Below, in pieces: positions 50,617-63,595 of a stretch of 64,000 bases of DNA. Under the pieces are notes generated by a model, which worked only from the letters and a program-made list of their open reading frames with translations, had not been told where the DNA came from and made no database searches. A program made the position numbers and the translations under genes. Each line of letters opens with the position of its first letter. The first letter of the stretch is position 1. The stretch is from Obrimoposthia wandeli (taxonomy: Eukaryota): the NCBI GenBank assembly GCA_977020255.1, contig CDROCS010002126.1, positions 372,001 through 436,000 of the forward strand, given 5' to 3'.

Positions 50617-50943
50617 TTATTTTCTTCCATAGTCATCTAGAAATGCTGCATCGGCTCCTCGGATATAAAATTCGTTCTTATTGAAAGTAAAATTTGGAAC
50701 TGCCTTTTTAACTTTCTGTTTAAGATATTGAAAATCTAGTTTTTGAATATTTGATAGATAACAGCTGAACTTTCTTCTTTCAATTGTCACAGGATTTACT
50801 AAAGCAATCAGTTGAGCCTTCTTCAATAATCTGACTTTGTATTTGAAATATTGTTTCACTTCTTTATACATATCCTTATCCAATTCTTCAAACATTTCTA
50901 AATATTCGTCGCCGCTTAATATCCGTTGACAATCGTCCATCAT
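50617..50943 (-). CDS. Polinton D ORF of unknown function
   Basis: 108-codon ATG-started ORF, Lys-rich, protein-like composition. No motif recognised. Confidence 0.5.
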   Translation of the reverse strand: MMDDCQRILSGDEYLEMFEELDKDMYKEVKQYFKYKVRLLKKAQLIALVNPVTIERRKFSCYLSNIQKLDFQYLKQKVKKAVPNFTFNKNEFYIRGADAAFLDDYGRK

Positions 50944-51554
50944 TGATAATTATCTTTGATATGAATGCATTTATTGTGATTTGTCCTCCAATGGCGCATT
51001 CTTTTATACTAATTTCTAACAAAGACATGAATATCATTGGTTAATATAACTAAAGCATTGAATTTGATTGGACTAAATCCATATTAAAAAGCAAATTTGA
51101 TTGGAAAAAATATATCATCCAATTATAATAGGTTTGCAAGATAATTACAAGAAACGTGCAATAAAAAAACCGGTTCAGACATATATAAAGAAGAATTTAC
51201 AGAATACAATTTTAGTCTAATAAAACTCGTAAATATAAATTATAAAGGTATAATAGAAGATGAATGGAAGCTGAGACAAAATGTGAAACGGTTTCATAGT
51301 TGTTAATTTTCCCACAGGTTAGTTTTTTTTATTTTCATATTGAATTCTTTTAGGAAGTTGTCGTGTAATGGGATGCAAAATACCTTTGCTTGAGTTCGAA
51401 TTACCATTTGGAATTTGAATCACTGCAATACATCAATCACAATTTCGGTTACACTCGGGAAACAAATAAATCTTTTTAAAATTGCAGAGAAAATGAAATA
51501 AGAATGCATGTTTGAACCAGAAATATTTCCTGTTCCCAGTTACTTAAATTGTTA

Positions 51555-51827
51555 CTTAAACCTACATTACTTAGTTTTATTTAAAATCCTAGAGATCAAA
51601 CAGTTGTTGATTTTGTGGCTAGACAGGCATTTCCCCCAAATAAGATCTTTCTTGTTGATTCATTCCATGATGCTGCTAAACAAGTACTTGGGTATATATT
51701 TATTGACTTTACACAAGCTTGCCCAGATGATTTACGTGTTTTAACAGACATATTTAATTTTACGGAAGTAACTGTTAATAAACAAATAGAGAACAATTAT
51801 AAAAAATTAATTTGCAATGCCTTTTAA
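51555..51827 (+). pseudogene. ATP: C-terminal fragment of the Polinton packaging ATPase
   Basis: LNLHYLVLFK-NPRD..VARQAFP..FLVDSFHDAAKQVLGYIFIDFTQACPDDLRVLTDIF. The P-loop part is deleted. Confidence 0.85.
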
Positions 51828-51990
51828 GAAGTTGATATTGAAACGTAAACGTAAAGTAAAATATAAGAAATCATAAAAAAGAATCATTAAGAAAAATGAA
51901 GTGATTAAATTAATCAAATCTGTAGTTAAAAATAAAAGAAAACTTAAATGGCTTCGAATATAAACAATATTCAAATTGAACTTTTTTTAA

Positions 51991-52321
51991 ATGAAGAAAA
52001 TACAAAGAAGCATACTCTATTTTAAAGCTTTGGTCAAAGCCTCTTCTCATAAGAGAATGATTATTCTTAAAGCATTTCCATCTTTTGTTGTAGATGATTT
52101 ATTGGAAGTTTTGTATAATATAGTTTTGGATCGAGTAAAAGTTGGAAAACGGAAAAATGTATTAAAGAAATATAGAAAAACTCTTCTAGATATTGCTAAT
52201 GTAAAAAGTAAAAAAAAGGAAACAAAATATTATTCTTAAGCAGAATGGTGGTTTCATAGCGGTTGTTATTCCAGTTGTTGCTTCAATTATCAGTAGTATT
52301 ATAGCTGCGACACGTACATAA
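51991..52321 (+). pseudogene. Small basic Polinton protein with QxGGF motif, one frameshift
   Basis: LLEVLYNIVL..KNVLKKYRKTLLDIA then shifted KQNGGFIAVVIPVVASII, the pattern of the conserved small ORF found downstream of the Polinton ATPase. Confidence 0.7.
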
Positions 52322-52405
52322 ACAATTATTTCAAAAATCAGCTAAAGATATGGGTGCTAACCCTTCTTTACCTAAATTGAAATTTTTTAGATATTCAAAT
52401 TGTTG

Positions 52406-53294
52406 TAATGGAGAAGATATGGTTCAATCCAAAAGATACAATTGGTTACACAGGAGTTTCAAAAGTAGCAAAATGAACAAAACAGAATTACAAAAAAACG
52501 CAGAAATGGCTGAATGACTGATGCCCGAAGACTCAACCAGATAATGACACTGGTAGCTTCATTATCGATTGAGAAAATCCTATAAATCTCCAAGGAGAAT
52601 GGGAAGCGGCTTTAACAGAATTTTCTTTTTATTATTCACCAATTACTATCAGAAAAAACTCACATATTTAGGAAAATAATTTTATAATAAACAAAATAAT
52701 ATAAATCACTACTCAGTGTTTTCGCAGTACAAAGCAGCAGTAGTAGAAAAATTTAATCGTACTTTAAGATATCGAATAAAAAGGTTTTTCATAAAAGAAA
52801 AATTAATAAATGGATCCAAGTTTTGCCTAAAATAATACATGCATATAATCACTCTGAATATAGAAGTCTCAAGGGAATGAGACCTGTTGATGTTACTAAT
52901 AAAATTTCTATGGATATTTGGATAGACAGCAACAAAAAAATATTAAAAAAGCTAAATATTAAAAAAAAATAAGTATATGTTCAAATTTGTAAAATTAGCT
53001 CTACTCCATTTATTAAAATTTTGTTCAGAATTGGAGCGATGAAATATTTTGTATAAGTAAAATTCATCAAAAGAGTAATCCAATCCAATAATGTATAATA
53101 TTAAAGATGCTGACAATAATATCGTCCACGGTAAATTTTACGAGCAAGAACTATAAGTAATATCAAATAAACCTAGTGTTTTCCGTATTCAAAAAATATT
53201 AAAATCTAAGGGTACCGGTAAACATAAATAATACTTTGTTAAATAGCATGGTTATTCAGATCCAACTTGGATATCAGCATCTAATATGATATGA
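52406..53294 (+). pseudogene. INT: Polinton D integrase, core disrupted
   Basis: N-terminus MEKIWFNPKDTIGYTG..KWLN; then a penton-derived insert; then AAVVEKFNRTL..IIHAYNHS..MRPVDV..NWSDEIF..GKFYEQEL..chromodomain. Confidence 0.85.
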
Positions 53295-53893
53295 AGACTA
53301 TGTATATAGTTTTACCTAGTAACGGATGCCCAAAGACTCAACGAGATAATGACGCTAGTAGCTTTATTATCGAGTGGGAAAATCCTATAAATCTCCAAGG
53401 AGAATGGGAAGCGGCATTAACAGAATTTCCTTTTATTATTCTCCAATTATTATCAATAAAAAACTCACATATTTCGTTTACAAAAGAATTTAATCATGAA
53501 AAAACAACTAAAATTGTGATCGGGTTTGATAGTAAAGGAAAATTCTATTACAATTGTATAGATAAAGAACTGAAAGTAATATTTGAAAATAACAAAGTCA
53601 GATTTAAAAATTGATTAAAATATATTCAACTTATTCAATTGACATTTGAATCTTTAATAGAAGCTCTTCAATTCGGTTTTGGTAGTGAACATTTAGTAGG
53701 TATGAAGATATCTGATATTGTCTCATCTAAATCGGTTAGAAATGTTCCTGGTAAAGTAGCAAGAATGTTGTTACTTGAAACGAGACCAAAGAATGTAGTG
53801 GAACTGAAAATGTTTTCAAAAGATTATAAAATAGATAGTGAAGTGGATTTATGTAAATCAATACAGAAGGAATGTAGTGAATTTTTGGGATAA
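53291..53893 (+). pseudogene. mCP: Polinton D minor capsid protein, 5' part
   Basis: MKTMYIVLPSNGCPKTQRDNDASSFIIEWENPINLQGEWEAALTEF, homologous to the mCP N-terminus at 9265. Broken by frameshifts and stops, and truncated by the right TIR. Confidence 0.85.
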
Positions 53894-54635
53894 ATGTGTA
53901 ACATTAAAAAAGATAAATTAACGTTTACAGAAAAAAGCAATATAAAACGGGTTTCATTTGATGATAAACTCACTAAAAACATCGGTTTAAACAGAAATAC
54001 CTTTCAAACCCATACAATAAAATCCATAAAGCTAAAAATAAGGCAAAACTTTTAAATTTAAAGATGGTCTTATAGGCACTTCCTCACTCTGAGGGAGAAC
54101 TATGAAATTTTCAATTTTAAAGGGGGTTAAATTGGGTTAATTAATTTTTTAGGGTGATGGGTGGGAGGGATAGAAAATTTCACTTCACACACATACATGA
54201 AATTTCACTCCACACATATGCACGATTTTAAAGGACAGTGGTACCCCCGGGGGAGGAGGATGGATTAGACCGGACACATCCACCTACTGTCCATTTTTGA
54301 CAACTCAGCATTGATGGCACTTTTAAAAAGTTAGAACAATATTTATAATGAACCTGTATTGTTTTCAGTTCATTTATCCTTTTGGGACTTTTGAGATCAC
54401 GGGGATTACGATGCATATACTTTGTGTTTATATATTTAATGTTCGGTAGTCCCTCTTTTTGATCAATATTTGTCGGTAATTTATGGATTTGTTTGACCAT
54501 TCTCTAAATATGGCATATGAATATTCTGAATTGAACTGCACAGTCCACTTCGATAAATTTCGATAAAAATATAAATAATCTATTTTTAATACGCACACAT
54601 TTAATGAATGGTTTTAAAATGAAACTCCCATGCAG

Positions 54636-54800
54636 GTGGTCTAATTGCAGATCTTCTCGGTTACTCGTCTTCGTTGCCCTGGACAACTATTCGCAAGATC
54701 CTCACGGGAATTGGTTTTGGGCTTAAGGGTATCTTCTTTGTTGCAATGGCCTTTTCCAAGAATGAGATGACTGCGATCATCATGCTTTCTCTTTGTCTAG
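54636..54800 (+). CDS. SLC17-family transporter, exon 5
   Basis: catgcag|GGLIADLLG..TTIRKILTGIGF..MLSLCLG|gtcagt. Found by manual translation; not in the ORF track. Confidence 0.93.
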
Positions 54801-55039
54801 GTCAGTGATTAAAATATGTATGTCAATGATACGAGTATGGAGGTCAAATAAAATATTTCGATTAATGTAACTGTAATATATTTCTGGAATAAAACCTTTT
54901 TGGTCAATTATATTAGTTTTTCTTTAAAAATGAAATGTATGTCTAGTACAATAAATTGTAGGTTAAATATTCAGAAATTTGGTAACACACTCAATAATAT
55001 ATTTAATATAGCCCTCCCTGTCTTCCATTAGTATTCGTA

Positions 55040-55380
55040 ATATTTTCTGAATACTAAAGTCTTTAGCTGCTTCTTGAATTTTTTAACAATGTTACAATTG
55101 CATAAATTTTAAGTATCCCACCACGGTGTTTGTTATTTGAGAATTTCTTAACCAATCTGCAGTGATAATTGTTACTTCACCAGGCTTGAGAAGATCATAT
55201 ACGTATCTGGGTCTTTGTGAGAGAATTTTTTGTTGTTGATAATATGCAGGATGTTGAATTTAATTCTGATATTGATCGGTAGCACTTTTCTGTAACGAGT
55301 CTTCTTTTATTATAAGAATTAAGGAATTTCAGAGTTCCAGTTTGAATAATGTATGTATATATATATGTGTAAAACATTAA
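55040..55380 (-). mobile_element. L2-type LINE 3' fragment
   Basis: TTGTTATTTGAGAATTTCTTAACCAA.. shared with 10590 and 60790. Confidence 0.6.
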
Positions 55381-58300
55381 TAATTCAAAATAACAAGAGG
55401 ATGATTATTTATTCATGAATGACGAAACTCCACTGTAATTATTATGATGGTATCTTTCTAATATATTTAGTTACCACGTAGGGGAAGCAGTTGACATAAT
55501 AAACATCATGTATTGATTGGCTAATAACAATGCAGCTATTTCATTTTTGAAAATGAGCCTGCAATTACTTTTATACCGATTAACCTCTTTGTAGTCTCTT
55601 TCAAGAAACTTTGCACTTACGACCTCAAAATTTCTGTCACACTTCTGCCTATTCCCCATTCTGTCGACTATTTTTATTACCATTGACGCTAGATATTTTA
55701 AACAATTGTAAAGAACCGCTTAAGAGACGGCAATTGTTAAATTTGAGATGTTAAAAATTAAACAACTGTGTAACCAAAACTCATATGTATTCATCAATCC
55801 GTTTATGGAAGTTATCATTCAACTGAAACGACATTGTTTAGTGTAAAAAAATGTATTAAAATTTTAAATAATGAAAAATGTGTACGCATGAAACTTTCAG
55901 ATCAATATGCAGAATCTGACACTTGATCATGAAATAGTATTACAATATGTAAAAAAAATGAAATCCCTGAAAAGGACCTGAATTGATGATATTCTCAGAT
56001 CCTGTATACTCTGAATGTGTTGTTCATCATGGTTCAATTCAGGGTCCAATCCTTTGTCAATCGTAACGATTATTAAGAAATATAATATTCATTTTCTTTT
56101 ATGTGAATAGTGTAAAATGTGGTTACGAGGACGTCTGTATTTGAGTATCTGGGTGATGGGAATTCAATTAATAAAGTTATGAGAACATGCCATATTCATA
56201 TAAAAATATTTATATTTTAAAAATTACCTAACTACTAAGAAAATTACTATGATAATGATGTGTGGTCATAACATCAATAGTTGATTTTCTAAAATTCTTT
56301 ACTGTTTAATACTCGAGTTTATCAATTAAATCGCTTGCAAGAAATTCCAACACACAGCTATCAGAGTTATATTCGAAATAAATAAAGTTATAGTACAAGT
56401 GAACATTTATTGAATCTCCATTACAATGATCTGAGTAAGAATTGAATTCCAGATCCTAGTAATCATAAAAAATGAGTGAATCTTGTGATCATTTAGGAGT
56501 AACGTTGAAGAATATATTAAACAGTAAAGAATTTAAAAAATAAGTCTCGATGTAATAATCGCATGTGTTAACATTGTAGTTATCTCAATAGTTATGTAGT
56601 TTCTTATTAGATATGTCTTTTTGATGTCGAGGACGCAACCATTAGTTTTTAATTTAATTATTTATATTTTCACAGACATGAATGAACATTTATTTCTTTA
56701 ATACAGTTCATATCATATTTAGATCCACAAAATATAGCTTAAGATTTATTTTCATTAATCTCCAATTGTCTCCAATTGTCTTGTTCATATACCTATTTTA
56801 GTAATCAGAGTTGCATTTCATAAGATGCCATTTCTTAGGCATTGCAATAAAGTTGTTTTGCTGCATATAAATCAGCCTGTGTGTTCAGCCTGGGTTTACA
56901 TTCCGACCCAACTCTGATCGCGGGAGTATGTCAAGACAACCAATCCCTTGTCGGAAAGAAGGTTTCGTCGGCATCCCAGGGGGCATCACTAATCAAGATC
57001 GGTTATCCACCCTGATCCTGGGAAAATTGGATTCTTACTTCTACAGAGCGAGTCCCGGGAAGTAATGATTGATGCTGAGAATTAGATGTAATCATTTGGC
57101 TATTATCATAATCACAATCATAATCATGTCATCGCTGGTTTTCTTTCTACCGCCACTGCGTCATGGCTAAGCCAGTCTTAGACTCTTTTTGTCGCTGTCG
57201 CATCGCTCACGACTATCAAGACGTCGTTTCGAGCTGATCGAATGATAATGTTGTCCATTGAGACACTGTTCATCTTTCTAATAACTTCTGTTTCAATCCT
57301 TCAACATTCAGAAACAAGAAAATATATATAGTACATTTATTTCAACGTACACCCTTCAACATGGACCCAAGGGTCCCTGATTCACATATTGCTTTTTCTT
57401 AGTAGTTTTCCGCATTGCATTAATGAAATTATCGAAAATTTGAAATTTGTGACCAAGATAGTAAATTTAAAATAATAACTGAAATTAAATAATTTTTGAT
57501 TTTCCCCGATGTTTAGAATAGAGCTTTGATGTTATCGGAGATCCGTAAAGTACATGTTTAATAACATATTACTTAAATTTATATATAATACAAATATTTA
57601 AAGTTTTAAAATTGACAATTTAGTGAACTACAAATTATATTTTTATTGCTTCTTATTTTAGGTATATATTTGGCTGATAAATCTTTATTTATAATTTAAG
57701 CCACCATTTTTGTTCATTAGCATAATATTTAGGATCTTTTTTATTTGGAAGTTGAAATAAGTTACGGTTCAAAAGTGAAAGTTTTAAATAAAAGTAGTTT
57801 TTTGAGAATGAAAAAGAGTCGTAATAAATCAGCAATTTTGAGCAGTTAACTGTAGCTATTTCTTTTCAGGAAAGTCTTTATGTGTGCTACCGAATCCTAT
57901 AATTTAATTAGACTCTATCGCTGCATATGTCAAACGTTTTCAAAGCTAATATGCATAGCCCCCGAAAAACGGTCTTCTCTCTTCGACTTAGACCTTTGGA
58001 ATTTTAATTTCTCTAAGTTTTAATACAGGTATGGAGGAAACTTTAGTTCTATAGTTCTAAAGTACTTTACACTCTTTTATAAAGAGATATTTGGTAAATT
58101 GTCAGCGCTGCTTTGTTTGTAATAACTTCTAGGCTGTTAAGATAATATTGAGAAAAACTATACAATAATGAGTTGTGGAAGTCCAGAATAGAAGTGACAA
58201 TTTCATTCAAAAACTTGGTAAACAGCAAATGAATTTTTTTTATTTATTTAAATAAATACCCCTAAGTAATCTTTTAACGAAATACTGATATTCTTATAAG

Positions 58301-58949
58301 AAAATATAAATGCAGATAACTCTGAATTTTAAAAGTAAAAGCTAAATTTTCTATATTTAAATTATTTTAAGAACTATTTACAGTATTAATTAGATGCCAA
58401 ATTGAAATTTTCAATTGTGATGTTGAATATTCAAATTAACGGTTTTACTATAGCTATAATATTTTTCGAATTTCAAATCTTTGTATTAAAAATTGATGTG
58501 CGTTTTGCTAAACAAATATACGGTTAAATATTTTCCTTATATAGTAGTCGTCAAAAATCGTCGCTTACAATCGAATCGTTACAAATTTATCATAACATAT
58601 GTAATAAATGTTAAGTTGCTATATTATAGCGAATGTTTCATACATAGAACATATTTGATTATAAAAGTCTCAATTATTAAATTATGAAAACTTTCAAAAT
58701 TGAAAGAAATTGAACTGAATGTTCGTACATATATTTTTATGATTATTTTTAGTTAATCTACCTAGTTTTTGATTGATATTTAAAAAAAAAAGTTCAAAAC
58801 AAAATAAAAAAAATGATTATTAGAATATTTCCTGAAAGAAAAAGTTGACCAGAAATTTCCCATATTTTAAAGATTTTGAAAACTATTCAAAACTGGTTGA
58901 GTCAACTATTAAGTAGCCCACCTATATTAATGAACTGAGTAAAAAGAGT

Positions 58950-59295
58950 ATAAATTATGCTGTAAATAAATTAAAATCAAATTTCGAACGAGTTCCAACA
59001 TGAAAAGTATTGCTAAAACGAAAACTGTTATGGGACGATCGTCTAAAAGGTGCATGATAACTGTTTGCGTTAGATAAACCAGATGCTTTCTGGAATTGGG
59101 TATATGGAGAAGATTGTGGCCAAGAAAAACCAAATTCTGGTGGTAGAGGTTTAATAGTACACAGATTAATAGCCTAATAATGCACCCGCTCATAGAAGCA
59201 ATATCACTAAAACATTCCCAGACAATCTTGATGTAAACGTATTAAAATGATCAACCCCGATTAAAACGCAATCGAAAATATGTGGGTGTTGTGTT
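58950..59295 (+). mobile_element. Degenerate Tc1 transposase fragment
   Basis: *NAPAHRSNITKTF..VNVLK*..IENMW resembles QDNAPAH..WP..SPDLNPIENVW. Confidence 0.55.
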
Positions 59296-59490
59296 ACGCC
59301 AGTGTCCACTGATTTAATGTAGTTCATTAAATTAATCAAATGTATTAAAATAATTAATTTATGGATAATGTACTTATCGATTCATTAAAGCGATAATGCA
59401 ATTAGCAGCTTAGGAATCCGTGAGAACAAAAATTGAAAATTAAAATAAATCAATCGCGCAACCTGCAACCAAACAATCCATCGTCCCAAC

Positions 59491-59898
59491 GAATCTATGT
59501 CGAAATAACTATTGACACTCGTTGTAACTTACTAAATTGAATCTAGAAAGTTACTAGATAAATTACGGATTAATAGTCTAACTTACTGTACAAAAATTCA
59601 CTCGGCAATTGGTCCAATTGTAACTTCTCTCTAAACGTTTCAAAAATAAAAATAAATAGTGTTTATTAAATAAACTAATTTTCTTAAATGAGGCTTACAA
59701 GTTATTTAAATTTAAATTCAAGATAAAATGTACTATTTAACCTAATAAGTAGTTAAAGTTGTAATGATAAATTTATTTTCATTGTTGTAAAAAAGGAGTT
59801 TGTAAATCTTTAAATCACAAAATACAAAACTAATACTTAGACGTTTTCTGAAAAAGTAAAGTTACTGATTTTGTCAATAGTTATTTCGACATAGATTC
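59491..59898. mobile_element. 408-bp MITE with 27-bp perfect TIRs and 8-bp TSD
   Basis: GTCCCAAC|GAATCTATGTCGAAATAACTATTGACA ... TGTCAATAGTTATTTCGACATAGATTC|GTCCCAAC. Confidence 0.9.
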
Positions 59899-60639
59899 GT
59901 CCCAACTACCAACGATCAATGTGCAAATCTTCGAAACCAAACAATTCAACCTATCAATCTCTACAAAACTCTTTCAAATCGCTGTGTCATTGTTTTTTCA
60001 CGTTTATTCCCGTTAATTTAAATAATATTTGAATAGTTTTGTTGAACGACGACCGTCTACTTCTAGTTAATTTAGAGTGGGCTTATGTATCAAGTCCAAT
60101 CTTTGAGAATCGCCAATATAAGTCAGACTGGTCTTTTTGAAGCTGTATCAGTAGCTTGAAAACCATAAATAATTATCCAGAAATGCTTTAAAGCCATTGT
60201 TGATTGCAACATGTGTTAAAATCTGTTCATGAACTGGTAAATTTTGCTGTACGACATTTTTAGTTGCACTCTGCGTATATATAATAAAAATATTTGGTAT
60301 TTCTTGTATTTCATTTGATACATGAAAATACATAGCAACCTTTTTATTTGTCTTATAGTTGAATGATTTTAATTGAAAATATGTATTTAGATATCTTTAA
60401 AAATGTTTGAATACACATAAAATTACGCGTACGGAACGTTTTGATGACCACTATGTATATTTCGTATTTTGACTGCGCAAGGGTCTATATGAAACGTTTT
60501 GACAAATAATTAATTAAAATTATATAAATTTACTCCAATTTTCGAGGGAGGAAGTTTCCTTGCTTGATTTTTTATATTTGATTGCCGACTACATACTTCA
60601 TATTTACATTATTTATTGAAACTGCTTTTATATTCGTTC

Positions 60640-61150
60640 GTCAGGATTTACACAATTTTTCAGAACTCGTTTATAAAAAACAATAATAATTGGTTAATAT
60701 ATCGCAGCTTCTTGATTGTTTACAGTTTCCTCTATTCATCAGTAAATTTGATATTGATAAAGAGCAAAAATTTCAAATATTCCATCACTCTATTTGTTAT
60801 TTGAGAAGTTTTTGACCAGTCTGCAGTCATCTTCGTTGATCCTAAGATGCATATACATGCTCACTGCACCAGTCTCGAGAAGATAGTATAAATATTTGGG
60901 TTTTTGTGAGAGAAAACATTTTTTTTTAATAATAAGTAGGATCTTGAATCCAATTCGGGTGTTGATCGATAGTCAAAGAAGCTGCTATAAATATACACTT
61001 GTACTAGCCATTTTCCTCATTTTGAATGTAATTCTGGCCACTTTGTTTGCAAAATATTTAATTGATAAGCAGAAGTATTAAAGAATTTTGAAAATCAAGT
61101 ATCGATGTAATAATCACATGTATATAATGTAAACTCATTAATAGGCTAAT
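60640..61150 (-). mobile_element. L2-type LINE 3' fragment
   Basis: Minus-strand LL*LSINTRIGFKILLI (LHWLPI..RI.FKIL); DNA homology to 10590-10800. Confidence 0.68.
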
Positions 61151-61221
61151 TATTCTCCTAAATGTGTAAAGTTCTGCAACAGAAATACTACTGTTCTTTA
61201 TGGAGAAATCTTCCCTCTCAG

Positions 61222-61329
61222 GATTCTCGGGTATAGCAGTAGCAGGGTACGCTGTTAATGTCCTGGAAATCGCTCCCAACTACGCTGGTCTTATCATGGG
61301 CATAGCCAGCAGCGTCAGCACCTTTGCAG
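61222..61329 (+). CDS. SLC17-family transporter, exon 6
   Basis: ctctcag|GFSGIAVAGYAVNVLEIAPNYAGLIMGIASSVSTFAG|gtttgt, matching the SLC17 N.LDIAP.YAG.LMGI motif. Confidence 0.95.
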
Positions 61330-61369
61330 GTTTGTATCTTGCCTATTTCTAAGGGGAAATGTACCGGAC

Positions 61370-61765
61370 GTAACATAGATGTATGCGATGCAAACTCATA
61401 TCTGGAGAATTCGAGGAATATTGAAAATTTAATTGATGCACTAAAATGCTTGTTTTTTCATAGATATTTTGTGGGCTTGTATAAAAATGAAACTTACCCC
61501 AATTAATTGGATGACGAAATTAACCGGATTGGCCAATAATTCTGATATGTTTGTTTTTTGCACCGATTTTCTTACTTGTTTATTCTCAAAGCTGTTGACC
61601 TTCACAATACAAATCAGTGTATCTCGATTCATCTTGCTCATTCAGTGCACATACATGGTGAGAGCGACAACGTCGAAACATTGCTGAGAGCACTGAAGTA
61701 TGACACATTCAGATGGGAGGTTCCCTTCACAAAGTTCCCTTGCAATATCTGCCTTTGAGACAGTA
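61370..61765 (+). mobile_element. Deleted DNA-transposase fragment, probably Chapaev3-like
   Basis: LKAVDLHN..SIHLAHSVH..ESDNVETLLRALKYDTFRWEV..FTKFPCNICL*DS resembles the recalled SLKAVLLHN..AHSVHLKE..FTKFPC.LCLWDSR pattern. The family name is from memory only. Confidence 0.5.
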
Positions 61766-63595
61766 AAAATACAACGAAAAGAGAAAGGGATCTCGGAGGA
61801 TTGACTGTGTATTGTTTCTATTCCTTATTTTTGATTTTGCGTTTTTATAATAATAATGTTAAAATAAAATTATTAAAATTATTCTTTACAGGATTTGTGA
61901 AACCCGTAATTTTCTAAAAAGAATGGGGAGAAACAATGAATCAAACGCATGCACTTGAAAATGTCTCACTTTCGCTTATTTATGCCCTGTAGACCAGAAA
62001 ATAATAGATTTAAATTAAAAAAACTTGTGTTACATGGAGATATCATCATATAGAGTTGTGAAATTCTAATTTAACTGCACTCATTGCTCGTGTAAATGTT
62101 TCCCATATCTTCTCTTTGATTAGTAAATATCATGTTCTAAGTTTAGATTTTTGTTGCTAATCTGCAGATGCATTAGTTAATTGAAAATGTCAAAATTTTC
62201 TCTTTATATATTAAATAGTTTTATAACGTATCTTTATTGAATTTAGAGAAAAACTGTAACAACTAAATGAGCATTGATATTTCCATGCTACGTACCTTTT
62301 CCGATCATTTCTCGTTCTTATCGTTTGGCTGGATCTGTCATCTCTAGTCGAGAATCAATCTAATAAAAAGCTGCACAGTCATAATCTCCTTGATTCCCTA
62401 AACCTCCCTGAAAGTGCCGGAGAGGAGACGGGGTGGTTGCATCGTCATTGTTTGCAGATCTCCCGACCCCCAAATCGTATTAGACGCCTCAGTCCATCGG
62501 TGCTACAGGGGCCAATCTAATTAACGTATGAAAACAGAGTTTATTTGCTTGGCTGTTGACCCAGGTTTAGGGCACCGGGGGTGGCTCTTATCCCCGGTGG
62601 TGGGTCGAGATTAGTTGTGGTCGAGAATAGAAGTCAGCTCTAGGACACACTTTAAGCATTGACGGACTTTCAGAAGCTGGGTTTACTGTTTTGAGCTACC
62701 GAAATATTTGAGGCTGTCATTTTAGTTTACAAATCGTTTTCTAAAATACTAAATACTGATTTCAGTTTGTCTCTAGTACTCTTTTTTGCATAAAATGCAT
62801 TTTAATAATGTCTCGATTAGTGTTTTAGTGGCGGTGGTATGGAACAGCTGGTAAACGTGAGGACATATCCAGTATCATCAAGACATGGGAAAAATTTCAG
62901 AAGCTAACCTAAATGTTAGGCCAAACATCGTAGTCACCTACTGGAACTCGCTCTTAATGGAATTCAAGTTTTCTATGAACCTCATCTTTCAATTGCAATC
63001 CACAACCTCGAACGTTGAACCATCTATCGCCAATAAACTTAAATTGTGCGGTTGAAAAGTGAAGGTTCAGAAATGGACGATTTTATATATAAAATAATTA
63101 AATTAAATTAAATTAAAATTTATAGTCCTGACCAAAAACATTTAGTAACCCTAAAGATTAAATTAAAAAAACAAACGGAAATTAAGTAACTCCTCAATTG
63201 AAAATAGAAGAGTTTATTAACCTCGGGTGACCTCTAACTCTATCACTAATATAGTCACTTGAGACACCACAACTCGTGTGGATTAAGTAGCAGTTGGACG
63301 TAGCAAGACAGGATAGGCCGAATAACATTGGAATTTCCAGAAGACAAGTGGCCCCCTGAAAATGCAGAGAGCATATGTTTGAAATCTGGTCTTAGAAGCC
63401 AATTGTACAAAGAAAAACATAATTATTTTGTTTAATTTAACTATGTATATTACCTTAAAAGTAAAGATATCATTGTTGATAATTAATTCTAATTATACTT
63501 TTATAATAATGTTACTGACATTCAGAATCTATTTACAAACGTATGCAATTACTACTTGGTACAGTCAGTAACGTATTTTGGTCCATCTCACTCAG

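Larger units (their letters stand above)
49536..54288 (+). mobile_element. 4,753-bp deleted Polinton D in intron 4 of the SLC17 gene
   Basis: AGTAGGTGGATGTGTCCGG ... CCGGACACATCCACCTACT. ~104-bp imperfect TIRs (49536-49640, 54186-54288) and 6-bp TSD GTCCAT (49530-49535, 54289-54294). Carries ATPase, INT and mCP fragments. Confidence 0.93.

Noticed and set aside
57860-57960. Possible third copy of the LSU domain II fragment
   Set aside because: Only scattered short matches; not convincing by eye.
62330-62720. GC-rich intronic island with a small CACCGGGG/CCCCGGTG hairpin (similar island at 56870-57300)
   Set aside because: No tRNA/SINE boxes, TSD or coding signal could be established.
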